From positions 19,448-83,447 of the forward strand of contig JBAZQY010000001.1 of NCBI GenBank assembly GCA_041663185.1: a stretch of 64,000 nucleotides of DNA, in the 5' to 3' direction. A program made the translations under genes and the position numbers. Source of the DNA: Minisyncoccota bacterium (GTDB lineage Bacteria > Patescibacteriota > Minisyncoccia > Phycocordibacterales > UBA9973). Numbering within the stretch: position 1 is the stretch's first letter; each line of letters starts with the position of its first letter. Of the stretch, positions 27,557 to 37,215 are shown piece after piece. The notes beneath the pieces were generated by a model. It searched no databases and was not told the DNA's origin. It worked only from the letters and a program-made list of their open reading frames with translations.

Positions 27557-28024
27557 TTAGAACGGAATATCTTCTGCATTAATCTGTTCTTCTGGATATT
27601 CAATAGTATCTAGTTCTCCATCATCTTTTTCAGGAACTGGTGAACCTTTTGACTGAGATGATTGATCGTAACTTCCACCACTTTTTACTCCACTTCCACT
27701 TGAACCGAATTGGACTCGGTCAGCGATTACTTCAGTTCTATATTTCTTGGTGTTTGTTGCTGCATCATCCCAAGACCTTGTCTGCATGCGACCTTCTACC
27801 ATAACCTGACTACCCTTTTTCATATATTGAGCGACAGTCTCTGCTTGACGACCAAAGACAACGACATTATGATAATCCGCTGCTTCTTGTTTTGCTCCAT
27901 TTTTATCTTTCCAAACACGATTTGTAGCAACAGAGAAGCTACATACTTTAATTCCCGAGGGAATTGCTTTGAGTTCTGGATCTCGAGTGAGATTCCCGAT
28001 GATAAATACTTTGTTTAAATACAT
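27557..28024 (-). CDS. ssb: Single-stranded DNA-binding protein
   Basis: OB-fold region; Gly/Ser-rich tail ending DIPF. Confidence 0.85.
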   Translation of the reverse strand: MYLNKVFIIGNLTRDPELKAIPSGIKVCSFSVATNRVWKDKNGAKQEAADYHNVVVFGRQAETVAQYMKKGSQVMVEGRMQTRSWDDAATNTKKYRTEVIADRVQFGSSGSGVKSGGSYDQSSQSKGSPVPEKDDGELDTIEYPEEQINAEDIPF

Positions 28025-28054
28025 ATATAAATAATTAGATTATTAATAATAATA

Positions 28055-28555
28055 TTATACCACAAGAGCATCGATCTCTTTATCTATTGTCTCTTCGTTT
28101 ATCTTCTCAACTTCTTCTGTCTTTTGAACAGGACGACGTCTTCCACCATCTTGTTTACCATAAGCACGTTTGACTGACATAGTATTCTCACGAACTGTTT
28201 TGATCATTAGATAACGAACTAGCTTTTCGTTTTTCTCTAAGATATCTTTTATAATTTTGGCATCAACTGTTGAACATTCAAACTTCACCCAACCAAAATA
28301 ACCAGTTGTGAATTTCTGTTTTTTGTTGTTAATAGAACGAGACATTTCATAAGCTAATTCTATTAATTTAGGGTATTCATCAGAAATAAAAACCGCACCA
28401 TTTTCTGTGAACATATCCTTAAATAAAGTCACCTCTTCGCCGAGAGCTTCTTCGGCAATAGTCGGAACCATAATGTAACCAACTTCATAAACACTCATGC
28501 GGGTTTCTTTTTCATCTCCCACATTTTCTTCTATATCTTTTTTTGCTTTCGCCAT
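28055..28555 (-). CDS. rpsF: 30S ribosomal protein S6 (possible internal start at MSVYEV) with C-terminal extension
   Basis: S6-like pattern (YEVGYIMVP...LAYEM...VRYLMIKT). Gene order rpsF-ssb-rpsR. Confidence 0.7.
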   Translation of the reverse strand: MAKAKKDIEENVGDEKETRMSVYEVGYIMVPTIAEEALGEEVTLFKDMFTENGAVFISDEYPKLIELAYEMSRSINNKKQKFTTGYFGWVKFECSTVDAKIIKDILEKNEKLVRYLMIKTVRENTMSVKRAYGKQDGGRRRPVQKTEEVEKINEETIDKEIDALVV

Positions 28556-28704
28556 TGTTATAATGCGTAAAAACGCAATAAATTGTTAATTTTAATACCA
28601 TCTTGCTATGGACCAATGTGTACCGACTTCAGGGTCGGGACAAACGAGATGTGGAGTTATACTAGCAAAAATAAGGCAATAAGTCCACCCCTATACTTGC
28701 AATT

Positions 28705-28823
28705 AGTTGGTACTTAAAATAGTCTTATCAGAGGGGCTTTTGAGCGCGACGGCGCGAAAACGGAGAAAATTTCTAGCAAGAAATTTTGGTACCCTCTGGG
28801 AAGAGCTATTTTAAGTACCAACT
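28705..28823. ncRNA. Candidate structured RNA element: 18-bp perfect inverted repeat enclosing an 83-nt GC-rich multi-hairpin core (tatD-rpsF intergenic)
   Basis: agttggtacttaaaatag pairs with ctattttaagtaccaact. Nested stems cagaggg/ccctctg, cgcg-acgg-cgcg and aaaatttct/agaaatttt. Confidence 0.4.
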
Positions 28824-28824
28824 A

Positions 28825-29697
28825 TTATAATTTAAAAAGTCGTTTGGCATTATCAACAATCGCCTTAGATGTTTCTTCCTCTGTCAAACCTTTAATTTCT
28901 GCAATTTTTTTGACGATTTCACAAACATATACGGGCTCATTGCGCTTTCCGCGATATGGCACAGGAGCGACATATGGCGCATCGGTATCGGTCAAAATAA
29001 ATTCAAGCGGAGTCTCTTTAATTACAGATAGGTAATCGCAAATCTCAGGTTTGGGTTTGTATGTAATCGCCCCAGCAAAAGAAATATACACACCCATACT
29101 CACAAATCTTTTCATATCTTCGACACTACCGGCAAAAAAGTGCGATACCCCTTTGACCCCCGGATATTTTTTTAAAATTTCTGCAACATCTCTATAAGCA
29201 TTACGAGGTTTATCTAAATCCTGCAAGGACTCCCCTTGCAGGATTGGATTCCGAATGTGAAGCATTAGGGGTTTATTAAATTCTTGCGCAAGTTCAATTT
29301 GTTCAATAAAAACTTTTCTTTGTTTTTCAATACTCTCTTCATTTAAGTGGTAATAATCAAGCCCGCACTCTCCGATCGCTACTACTTTTTCGTCTTTCAA
29401 CATTTCTCGATAAATATCTTTATCAAAAATTTCTGCACGCGACTTAAACCCAGGACCACTAACTTCTTCTTCATCATGAAATGATTCTTCAGTATGAATT
29501 GGGTGTAGCCCAATGCAAGCATAAACCCCTTCGGGATATTTGTGCGCAAGTTCTATGGCATATCTTGAAGTATCCACTTGTGTACCAACATTAATCATCC
29601 AAGTATCAGCTTCTAATGCACGACGAATAATAACATCCCTGTCTTCGTCAAAGGCTTTGAAATTTACATGTGTATGAATATCAAAATATTTCGGCAT
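28825..29697 (-). CDS. TatD family metal-dependent hydrolase
   Basis: N-terminal DIHTH motif (FDIHTHVNF) and conserved His/Glu/Asp positions of the TatD fold. Confidence 0.85.
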   Translation of the reverse strand: MPKYFDIHTHVNFKAFDEDRDVIIRRALEADTWMINVGTQVDTSRYAIELAHKYPEGVYACIGLHPIHTEESFHDEEEVSGPGFKSRAEIFDKDIYREMLKDEKVVAIGECGLDYYHLNEESIEKQRKVFIEQIELAQEFNKPLMLHIRNPILQGESLQDLDKPRNAYRDVAEILKKYPGVKGVSHFFAGSVEDMKRFVSMGVYISFAGAITYKPKPEICDYLSVIKETPLEFILTDTDAPYVAPVPYRGKRNEPVYVCEIVKKIAEIKGLTEEETSKAIVDNAKRLFKL

Positions 29698-29700
29698 AAA

Positions 29701-30183
29701 TTAAATATTTTTTCTTAATTCTGAAATTTTTAAATTAAAAATCTTCACGGGGTTGGAAAAATTATTTTTAAAATCTTCAATAAGCAAATCCCTTACTTCA
29801 AGTGGAAAAACCAACATATTATTTAATTCTTCTATTTTACACCATCTTGGTTCATAAAAATCTTCTCCTCTTAACATCTTTTGATATTCAGTGGTATCTT
29901 TTTTAAGTTCTGGAACACCAGAAACATAATCACAAAGATAGAAATACTGTTCTTTTCCATCATCGTAAATATGCCGATAGAGTAACTTATTTATTTTTGC
30001 TTCGATAGAAGATTCCTCTTGTAATTCTCTTAAAACTGCCTGTTTGATATCTTCATTTTCTTCTACCCCACCACCCGGAAAAACATAATATTCTTTGAAA
30101 TTTTTACGAAACATTAAAAGCACTTCGTCTTTTTTTACGAGAATCGCCCCCGCTCTAACTTCTGGCATATAAATTTCAGTCAT
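29701..30183 (-). CDS. NUDIX hydrolase
   Basis: Nudix box GGGVEENEDIKQAVLRELQEESSI. Confidence 0.8.
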   Translation of the reverse strand: MTEIYMPEVRAGAILVKKDEVLLMFRKNFKEYYVFPGGGVEENEDIKQAVLRELQEESSIEAKINKLLYRHIYDDGKEQYFYLCDYVSGVPELKKDTTEYQKMLRGEDFYEPRWCKIEELNNMLVFPLEVRDLLIEDFKNNFSNPVKIFNLKISELRKNI

Positions 30184-30195
30184 TTTTTATTATTT

Positions 30196-30513
30196 TTATT
30201 TACTTTTAACGATTTTTTTTCTTATAGCTTCGGCAAAAAGACGAAAAGCTGGTCTTTTTTCTGGATTGTAAACAGGATTGTAGATAATTTTTATTCCAAG
30301 TAAATGTTTGTCCGGGCAAAAAAGGTTTTTTGAGGAAATCGAAACCACTGGATTAAAAATTCGATCTATATATAGCCGGCGCAAATTATTTGGCCCATCT
30401 TTCTGGTAAAAGCAAATGTGTTTTTTACAATAATCACATGTGATATCCAACAAACGAGAATACCCTCCTCGTGCCTTCTTATATTTATCATCTTTAAAAA
30501 TTATTTTCTCCAT
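30196..30513 (-). CDS. Small hypothetical Cys-containing protein
   Basis: ORF only. CDYC...C...C spacing suggests a possible zinc-binding site. Confidence 0.4.
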   Translation of the reverse strand: MEKIIFKDDKYKKARGGYSRLLDITCDYCKKHICFYQKDGPNNLRRLYIDRIFNPVVSISSKNLFCPDKHLLGIKIIYNPVYNPEKRPAFRLFAEAIRKKIVKSK

Positions 30514-30522
30514 TTTATTCTT

Positions 30523-31086
30523 TTATAAAAATTCTTTTAATGTTGTCATTACTTCACCAACCGGCAAACCAATAATATTATTATGATCCCCCTCGATTTT
30601 TTCTATAAATGTGTCGATAATATCCGGCAAGGTATATGAGCCGGCATATTTTAAAGGATTGCCGGTTTTTATATAATTTTCTATCATTTCATCAGATAAT
30701 TCCTTGAAAGACACTTTTGTTTCAACAGATTTGGATACAATCAAATTATTTTGGGTATCAACAATCGTAAAACCAGTAAAAACTGAATGGGTTTTGCCAC
30801 TTAATTTTTTTAACGTCTCTCTTGCCTTGTCTGTTGTATGAGGCTTTCCAATAACGACCCCATCAATAGAGACAAAAGTGTCTGCAGAGAGGATGACTGC
30901 GTCCAAAAAGTTTTTCGCGACCGATTCTGCCTTCCCCCGCGACAAAAATTTTGCTAGTTCTTCTGGGCTTAAATCTAGGGTCATGTCTTCTTCATAATCA
31001 CTCGGAGAAATATCAAAAATCAGGCCTTGCTTTTCGAGCAATTCTTTTCTTCTTGGAGAACTTGAAGCTAGTATAATTTTTCTCAT
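30523..31086 (-). CDS. maf: Maf-like nucleoside triphosphate pyrophosphatase
   Basis: N-terminal ILASSSPRRKELL signature of the Maf family. Confidence 0.8.
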   Translation of the reverse strand: MRKIILASSSPRRKELLEKQGLIFDISPSDYEEDMTLDLSPEELAKFLSRGKAESVAKNFLDAVILSADTFVSIDGVVIGKPHTTDKARETLKKLSGKTHSVFTGFTIVDTQNNLIVSKSVETKVSFKELSDEMIENYIKTGNPLKYAGSYTLPDIIDTFIEKIEGDHNNIIGLPVGEVMTTLKEFL

Positions 31087-31123
31087 AAGTTTACTTTACT
31101 CAACTAAAGTGGAATAATTTTAA

Positions 31124-31573
31124 TTATTTTTTACTTTCCCAATTTTTTATTATCAATAATGCTTCTTGCTCTAATTCTTTATCGTGAAAAATTTCAATTT
31201 GTCTATTGTTTTTAGAATTGATTTCGGAAATATGATGTAATCCTTCATAATGCTGTTTATCTAGTTTATCTTTGGCAACAGCATAAACTATTTTTTTTAT
31301 TTTAGCCCAATAGCAAGCCGAGAAACACATTAAACATGGCTCCATAGAGGAATATATTTCACAATCAAATAAATCACGAGAATTCAGATTCTTTGAAGCA
31401 TTCCGAATCGCTTCAATTTCCGCATGACTTGTGGCATCTTTATTATTTTTACCATTACTTAAACCTTTCCCAACAATTTCCCCATTCTTAACAACAATTG
31501 CACCAACAGGAAAACCACCTTTATTTACAGACTCTTTTGATAGCTCTATTGCTTGTTTAAGAAAATCATTCAT
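31124..31573 (-). CDS. CDA-fold nucleoside deaminase (TadA/GuaD-like)
   Basis: Zinc motifs HAEIEAIRNA and PCLMCFSAC. Confidence 0.75.
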   Translation of the reverse strand: MNDFLKQAIELSKESVNKGGFPVGAIVVKNGEIVGKGLSNGKNNKDATSHAEIEAIRNASKNLNSRDLFDCEIYSSMEPCLMCFSACYWAKIKKIVYAVAKDKLDKQHYEGLHHISEINSKNNRQIEIFHDKELEQEALLIIKNWESKK

Positions 31574-31578
31574 AAAAT

Positions 31579-31962
31579 TTATTTTGTTTCATAAAGTTCA
31601 ACTGAAATACCGTCTGGGTCTCTCAAAAAACAAAACCAAGCACAAGTTTTTCCAGCCACGGGCTCGTCGATATCAATACCTCTATTTTTAAATTCTCGAT
31701 ATTTTTCTTGCACACTTTCGACTTGAATTCCAAAATGATTAATACCAATAGTTCTTAAATTCTCAAAATCAGCTGTATTTTCAATAAAATCATTAAAACC
31801 AAAAACTTCGAGCTTCATATCCCCTAATTGAAGTACAACGGCTTCCCCATTCCAATCCTGCTTGGTAAATCTTTCAATTTCCTTGAATTCGAAGTTTTCT
31901 GTATAGAATTTCACAGATTTTTCTAGATTTTTTACTGATATGGCAATGTGGTGAATTTTCAT
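31579..31962 (-). CDS. VOC family (glyoxalase/bleomycin-resistance fold) protein
   Basis: Glyoxalase-like beta-alpha-beta-beta-beta pattern by similarity. Confidence 0.65.
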   Translation of the reverse strand: MKIHHIAISVKNLEKSVKFYTENFEFKEIERFTKQDWNGEAVVLQLGDMKLEVFGFNDFIENTADFENLRTIGINHFGIQVESVQEKYREFKNRGIDIDEPVAGKTCAWFCFLRDPDGISVELYETK

Positions 31963-31963
31963 T

Positions 31964-33445
31964 TTATTCTTTCCTCAAAAACAAAGGTTGTTCGGGTTTT
32001 TTGTTTTCTCGAATTAGTTTTTTTAGTTTTTCATTCGTTTCGGACATTACTGGGTTTAACATGCGAGCGATTTGATATAATTCCAAAACCATTTCGCTGA
32101 TTAATTCTTTCCCCTTTTTTTCATCAATTTTAACAACCTTGAAAGGTTCAGTTTCTTGAATTTTTTTATCAAGGTTTTGAATTTTATCCCAAATATAATC
32201 CATCGCCTTTTTTATATCAAATTCCTCATAGATTTTAAAATATTCTGTAAAATCAGTTTTTTCAGGAATCTCTGGACACTTTTCTAAGTATTTTTCTGAT
32301 AAAGTTAAAATTCTTGAAACTAAATTCCCCAAGCCGTTAGCCAGCCCTGAATTATATGCTCCCTTAAAACGTTCAATGGTAAATGGGCTATCTTCAAAGC
32401 TTGAAACTTCACGCAAGAGGAAATAGCGAAGAGCATCTGTGCCATATTCTTGCACAACATCTTTAGGATCAACGCCGTTGCCTAAAGATTTCGACATCCT
32501 GATTCCGCCCTCGCCAGTAATAAAGCCATTCACTACGATTTGATGGGAATTGGGCAGACCTGCCGCCATAAGCATCGCTTGCCACATGGCAGATTGAAAT
32601 CTAGTATTGTCTTTTCCGCAATACTGCGTCGGATTTCCATCCACCCAGTATTTTTCAAAATTTTCTAAGTTATTTGGCCACCCTAGTGTCGAAATATAAT
32701 TCACAAGCGCATCAAACCAGACATACATCACTTGATTCTCATCGCCCGGTACTGGAATCCCCCAAGGCATTTTTTCTTTCAAGCGAGAAATTGAAAAATC
32801 CTGAAGCCCACCTTTGACAAAATTTTTAATTTCATTAAAACGAAATTCCGGGATGACAAAATTCGGATTCTTTTCATAAAATTCCAAAAGTTTCTCGCCA
32901 AAAGCTGAATATTTGAAAAAATAATTCTCTTCGTTAATTATTTTAAGGGCTGTTCCTGGATGGTCTACACATTCTCCGTTTACTAATTCTGAATCTGTCT
33001 TTTCACTTTCACAACCGACACAATATTTTGATTCATAATTCTTTTTGTAAATATAACCATTGTCTTGTACTTTCTTCCAAAATTCTTGCGCGGCATGTTC
33101 ATGATTCGAGTCAGTGGTACGAATGAAATGAATATCGTCGCTCATGCCAAACATTTTTAATTGTTCTTTGAAAATCAAAAAACTCTGGTCGACAAATTCT
33201 TTTGGCGATAATCCTTTTTCAGTCGCTTTTTCAAAAATTTTGAGCCCATGTTCATCTGTCCCGGTATTAAAATAAACATCAAAACCTGCCAATTTTTTAT
33301 AACGGGCTATCGCATCAGCGCGCACGAACTCAAGCGCGTGCCCCATATGAAGTGGAGCATTTACGTATGGCAAAGTAGTTGTAATATAGAAAGGTTTTTG
33401 CATATTATGTCGATTTAGAGAGAATTTTTTTCTTTTCAATATCAT
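31964..33445 (-). CDS. metG: Methionyl-tRNA synthetase (short form)
   Basis: PYVNAPLHMGHA (HIGH-type), TGTDEHG, zinc knuckles CVGCE and NGECVDH, RMSKSLGN (KMSKS). Confidence 0.85.
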   Translation of the reverse strand: MILKRKKFSLNRHNMQKPFYITTTLPYVNAPLHMGHALEFVRADAIARYKKLAGFDVYFNTGTDEHGLKIFEKATEKGLSPKEFVDQSFLIFKEQLKMFGMSDDIHFIRTTDSNHEHAAQEFWKKVQDNGYIYKKNYESKYCVGCESEKTDSELVNGECVDHPGTALKIINEENYFFKYSAFGEKLLEFYEKNPNFVIPEFRFNEIKNFVKGGLQDFSISRLKEKMPWGIPVPGDENQVMYVWFDALVNYISTLGWPNNLENFEKYWVDGNPTQYCGKDNTRFQSAMWQAMLMAAGLPNSHQIVVNGFITGEGGIRMSKSLGNGVDPKDVVQEYGTDALRYFLLREVSSFEDSPFTIERFKGAYNSGLANGLGNLVSRILTLSEKYLEKCPEIPEKTDFTEYFKIYEEFDIKKAMDYIWDKIQNLDKKIQETEPFKVVKIDEKKGKELISEMVLELYQIARMLNPVMSETNEKLKKLIRENKKPEQPLFLRKE

Positions 33446-34490
33446 CTAAGATTTCAAGCAGACAAACAGACACAGGAATAGCTAAAATTACGCCCAAAAA
33501 TCCAGCGAGTTCTGCTCCTATAATAATAGAAAGGATAACGACAAAAGGAGACACTCCAATAACCTTTTTTACAATCAAAGGATATATCAGATAATTTTCA
33601 AACTGGTGGAGAATAAAATACAGGCCAAAGGAAAGTAGGGCCATGGTTACTCCCCCATCCAAAAATCCAAATAGGGTTACAATCGCCATTGCCAAGAAAA
33701 TCCCAAACGGCACAAGTTCGCAGAAAGCAGTCACAATTGCAAGCACAAGTGCGTATTCAACTCCAATAATCGTGAGTCCTAAATATGCCAAAACCCCAAT
33801 AATAAGTCCAAGTAGCATCTGTCCTTGAACCCATAGTCCGATTTTACGTTCTGTTCGTTGCCAAAGACCAATTAAATATTCTTCGACATTGCTTGGAGTA
33901 ATAACTCTCAAGAAATTTTCAATTCCCTTTTCAGTGATAGACAAATAAAAAGATAAAATAATGATTAAAACAAAATTGAAAACTCCACCAAAAGCACCAC
34001 TAAATACATCCCAAAATCCACCAGAGAAACTGGAAATCAAAACTTGACTGCTTTTTATAATTTCACCAAGTGATGCATCTCGAGAAATACTAGAAACAAC
34101 ATCCTTCGCTCCAGAAATCGAATCTGGTTGGAATGTATTTAAGATACTACTGTTAGGAATATATTGCGAAAGAGCAGAAACAAGGGATGACATTTGTTCG
34201 ATAAAAACAGGCACAAATACAGACAGTAGCCCAGCAATAATACTAATCGTTAAGACATAAATAATAGAAACAGAGAGAGATCGATTCTTAATATAGGGTT
34301 TAACTTTACGAACAGCTGATTCGACAAACGAAGCGATAACTATTGCTGTTAAGACCACCAAAACTAAATTGAATAACTTAATAATCACAAAAACCAAAAC
34401 CCCCAATAAAATTATTTTTATTAGAGTATTGGTTGAAATACTTATGCGCATATTCTGTGGTTTATTTTCCATCTTCATATATAATACCAC
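33405..34490 (-). CDS. AI-2E family transporter (PerM/UPF0118)
   Basis: 8-TM architecture with the conserved C-terminal segment typical of AI-2E. Overlaps the metG start by 41 bp. Confidence 0.7.
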   Translation of the reverse strand: MVLYMKMENKPQNMRISISTNTLIKIILLGVLVFVIIKLFNLVLVVLTAIVIASFVESAVRKVKPYIKNRSLSVSIIYVLTISIIAGLLSVFVPVFIEQMSSLVSALSQYIPNSSILNTFQPDSISGAKDVVSSISRDASLGEIIKSSQVLISSFSGGFWDVFSGAFGGVFNFVLIIILSFYLSITEKGIENFLRVITPSNVEEYLIGLWQRTERKIGLWVQGQMLLGLIIGVLAYLGLTIIGVEYALVLAIVTAFCELVPFGIFLAMAIVTLFGFLDGGVTMALLSFGLYFILHQFENYLIYPLIVKKVIGVSPFVVILSIIIGAELAGFLGVILAIPVSVCLLEILDDIEKKKILSKST

Positions 34491-34503
34491 ACTATTTGGA
34501 GAA

Positions 34504-35775
34504 TTAGAATTTCAAAATTTGCTTGAATGTACTATCATCTTTAAATGGTCCAATTATCGCTAAATTCAAATTTTTGGTTTTAAAAATAGTTTTCGCGATC
34601 TTTTGTATATCGCTTGCTTTCACTTTTTGGATGTCTTTGATTTTCTCTTCTAGGGTTTTTATTTCCCCCTTCATCAACTCTTGTCCACCGTAAAAGTTTG
34701 CAATATCATCTGTTGCTTCAAGTGACATTTTCATATTTCCAATAATGAATGATTTCACTTTATTTAATTCTTTTTCACTTACTTTCTCATTTACCAAAAG
34801 ATTACACTCTTTCAAAATTTCTTTTAAGACTTCCACGGTTCTTTTATTATTTACTCCAGCCGATATCTGGAAACTTCCATGATCAAGTGAAGAATTATTA
34901 AAGGCTCGAACATAGTAAGCTACCCCCATCTCTTCGCGAAGCTTTATAAAAAGTCGTGAGCTCATTCCTGCTCCGAGTATTCCACCAAGCAATGAAAGAG
35001 TCATGTTTCTTTTATCAAATAAAGGAAAAGTTCGAACTCCAAGCACGAAGTGCGTCTGGTCTGTCTCTTTATATTTTACTAAAACATTTGGCCTCGTCTG
35101 AATATCTTTGGTTTTTACTTTTTTAATTTTATTTGTCGATTTAATATCTTTAAAATATTTATTTACTTCTTTGTGAACTTTCTCACTTTGAATATTCCCA
35201 GAGACAATAATCACCGTATTCTTCGCGACATAATGACTTTTTTTGTAATTCACAAAATTGGGACGTGTCATTCTATAAATATTTTCTTTTTGCCCGGCAA
35301 TACCTCTTCCTGCTGGTTGATCAGGATATAAAACTTTATCAAAAAGTTCTTGAACGTGACTTTGAGGCATGTCCTCATACATATTTATTTCTTCGACAAT
35401 TACCCCTTTCTCTTTTTCAATTTCCGCCTCTGGAAAAGTCGAATTTAAATAAATATCGGAAACAATATCAAAAATCTGGCTGAAATTCTTCGCGTCGCCT
35501 TTGGCGTAGTATCCAGTCATTTCATGGTCTGTAAACGCATTATATTGGCATCCAAGGGCATCTAATTCGTGAGAAATGGACTGCGGAGTGAGTCTTTTTA
35601 TTGTTCCCTTAAAGCACATATGCTCCAAAAAGTGAGATATGCCATTTATCTCTTTTGTCTCATAATTACTCCCCGTGCCCACAAGGACAAGTACCGTAAC
35701 CGTCGGATTGTCCTTCATCGGAACTGTAATAACCCGCAAACCATTTTTATATGTTTTCTTTTTAGCTTTTTGCAT
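34504..35775 (-). CDS. M16 family zinc peptidase (insulinase-like)
   Basis: Inverted zincin motif HFLEHMCFKGT (HxxEH). Confidence 0.8.
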   Translation of the reverse strand: MQKAKKKTYKNGLRVITVPMKDNPTVTVLVLVGTGSNYETKEINGISHFLEHMCFKGTIKRLTPQSISHELDALGCQYNAFTDHEMTGYYAKGDAKNFSQIFDIVSDIYLNSTFPEAEIEKEKGVIVEEINMYEDMPQSHVQELFDKVLYPDQPAGRGIAGQKENIYRMTRPNFVNYKKSHYVAKNTVIIVSGNIQSEKVHKEVNKYFKDIKSTNKIKKVKTKDIQTRPNVLVKYKETDQTHFVLGVRTFPLFDKRNMTLSLLGGILGAGMSSRLFIKLREEMGVAYYVRAFNNSSLDHGSFQISAGVNNKRTVEVLKEILKECNLLVNEKVSEKELNKVKSFIIGNMKMSLEATDDIANFYGGQELMKGEIKTLEEKIKDIQKVKASDIQKIAKTIFKTKNLNLAIIGPFKDDSTFKQILKF

Positions 35776-35781
35776 ATTATT

Positions 35782-37155
35782 TTAATTCATTCTTTCTTTT
35801 ATATAGTGAGAAATTTTTTCTTTTTTAATTCTTTCTTGCTTGCCAGTATCACGATCGCGAATAGTTACAGAATCATCAGTCAAAGTATCAAAGTCGATAA
35901 CAATGCACCATGGGGTCCCTATTTCATCTTGCCGGCGATAACGTTTTCCAATATTTCCATTGTCATCCCAAGCAATCCACCCAAATTCTTTTTTCAGTTC
36001 ACTGTAAATATTTTTTGCATATGAGACAAGTTCTGGTTTATTTTTTAAAAGTGGCGACACGCAGGCCTTGTAGGGAGCTACAATCGGTGGAAACTTCAAA
36101 TAAACTCGCATATCGTCTCCTTCACCCTCTTCTCGATACGCAGAGCAAAGAAGAGCAAGAATCGCACGATCAACACTGATTGTCGGCTCAATAACATGCG
36201 GAATAAACTTTTCTCCAGTCTGGTCATTTAGCATTTCCATGGATTCCCTTGAGAATTCTTGGTGTCGTTTTAAGTCGTAATCTCCACGATGAGCAAGGCC
36301 AGTAAGTTCTTTCCTTCCAAATGGATATTCAAATTCTAAATCAACCGTTTTTCGACTGTAATGGGCTCGAGCCGTATCTGGGTGCTCAAGTGGAGAAAGT
36401 TTTGTCACATCAACTCCAATTTTTGAAAGCCAATCTTTTTGTTCTAGTAAAAAATTATCAAAATATGCTTCCCAAGGATCACTCGGGTGAATAAAATATT
36501 CAAACTCCATTATTTCAAATTCACGTAATCGATAAATGAAATCCCGTGGGGTTATCTCATTTCTAAATGCTTTCCCAACTTGAGCAATTCCAAATGGAAC
36601 TTTTGGAGATAGTGATTGTAAAACATTTTTGAAAGCCACAAACATACTTTGAGCTTCTTCTGGTCTTAAATATGTATTTACTGAAGTTTCTTCCACCGCT
36701 CCCATTTTTGTTTCAAGCATTAAATTAAAAGTGCGTACTTCAGAAAGTGCATTCCCATCCGGACTCTTAAGCCCAAGTTCTTTTATTTTTTCTCCCATCT
36801 GTTCGATTGTTAATTTTTCTGAATCAACTCCAGCTTCTTCAAGTAAATGATCAGCGCGATAACGCTTTTTTGTAACCATATCATCGACAAGAGGGTCAAT
36901 GAATTCACTTGTATGCCCAGACGCATCCCAAACTCTTGGGTGCATTAATATTGGTGTATCAATAAGATACATATTGTCTTTAAACTCAATAAAATATTCT
37001 ATCCATGATTTCTCAATATTTCTTTTAAGTAATGCTCCAAGTGGCCCGTAATCGTACGTCCCAGCTAGGCCACCATAAATCTCTGACCCTGGGTAAATAA
37101 ATCCGCGTCGTTTGCAAAGTGATATTATTTTTTCCATCGTTAAATTATTTTCCAT
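35782..37155 (-). CDS. glyQS: Glycyl-tRNA synthetase (alpha2 type)
   Basis: Class II motifs. N-terminal ...RRGFIYPGSEIYGGLAGTYDYGPLG. Confidence 0.85.
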   Translation of the reverse strand: MENNLTMEKIISLCKRRGFIYPGSEIYGGLAGTYDYGPLGALLKRNIEKSWIEYFIEFKDNMYLIDTPILMHPRVWDASGHTSEFIDPLVDDMVTKKRYRADHLLEEAGVDSEKLTIEQMGEKIKELGLKSPDGNALSEVRTFNLMLETKMGAVEETSVNTYLRPEEAQSMFVAFKNVLQSLSPKVPFGIAQVGKAFRNEITPRDFIYRLREFEIMEFEYFIHPSDPWEAYFDNFLLEQKDWLSKIGVDVTKLSPLEHPDTARAHYSRKTVDLEFEYPFGRKELTGLAHRGDYDLKRHQEFSRESMEMLNDQTGEKFIPHVIEPTISVDRAILALLCSAYREEGEGDDMRVYLKFPPIVAPYKACVSPLLKNKPELVSYAKNIYSELKKEFGWIAWDDNGNIGKRYRRQDEIGTPWCIVIDFDTLTDDSVTIRDRDTGKQERIKKEKISHYIKERMN

Positions 37156-37178
37156 TTTTTCTTTTTAAATTATTAATC

Positions 37179-37213
37179 CGTAATTCTTAATTCTTAATTC
37201 TTAATTCTTAATT
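37179..37213. repeat. Short tandem repeat (taattct) x5
   Basis: taattcttaattcttaattcttaattcttaattc, directly upstream of glyQS. Confidence 0.6.
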
Positions 37214-37215
37214 CC

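Noticed and set aside
28560-28830. SRP RNA, RNase P or tmRNA in the tatD-rpsF spacer
   Set aside because: It is too short for RNase P or tmRNA, and I could not find the SRP domain IV GGAAGCAGCC-type motif.
37179-37213. Possible CRISPR-like repeat
   Set aside because: It is only a 7-bp microsatellite with no spacers. It is not a CRISPR array, and no cas genes are present.
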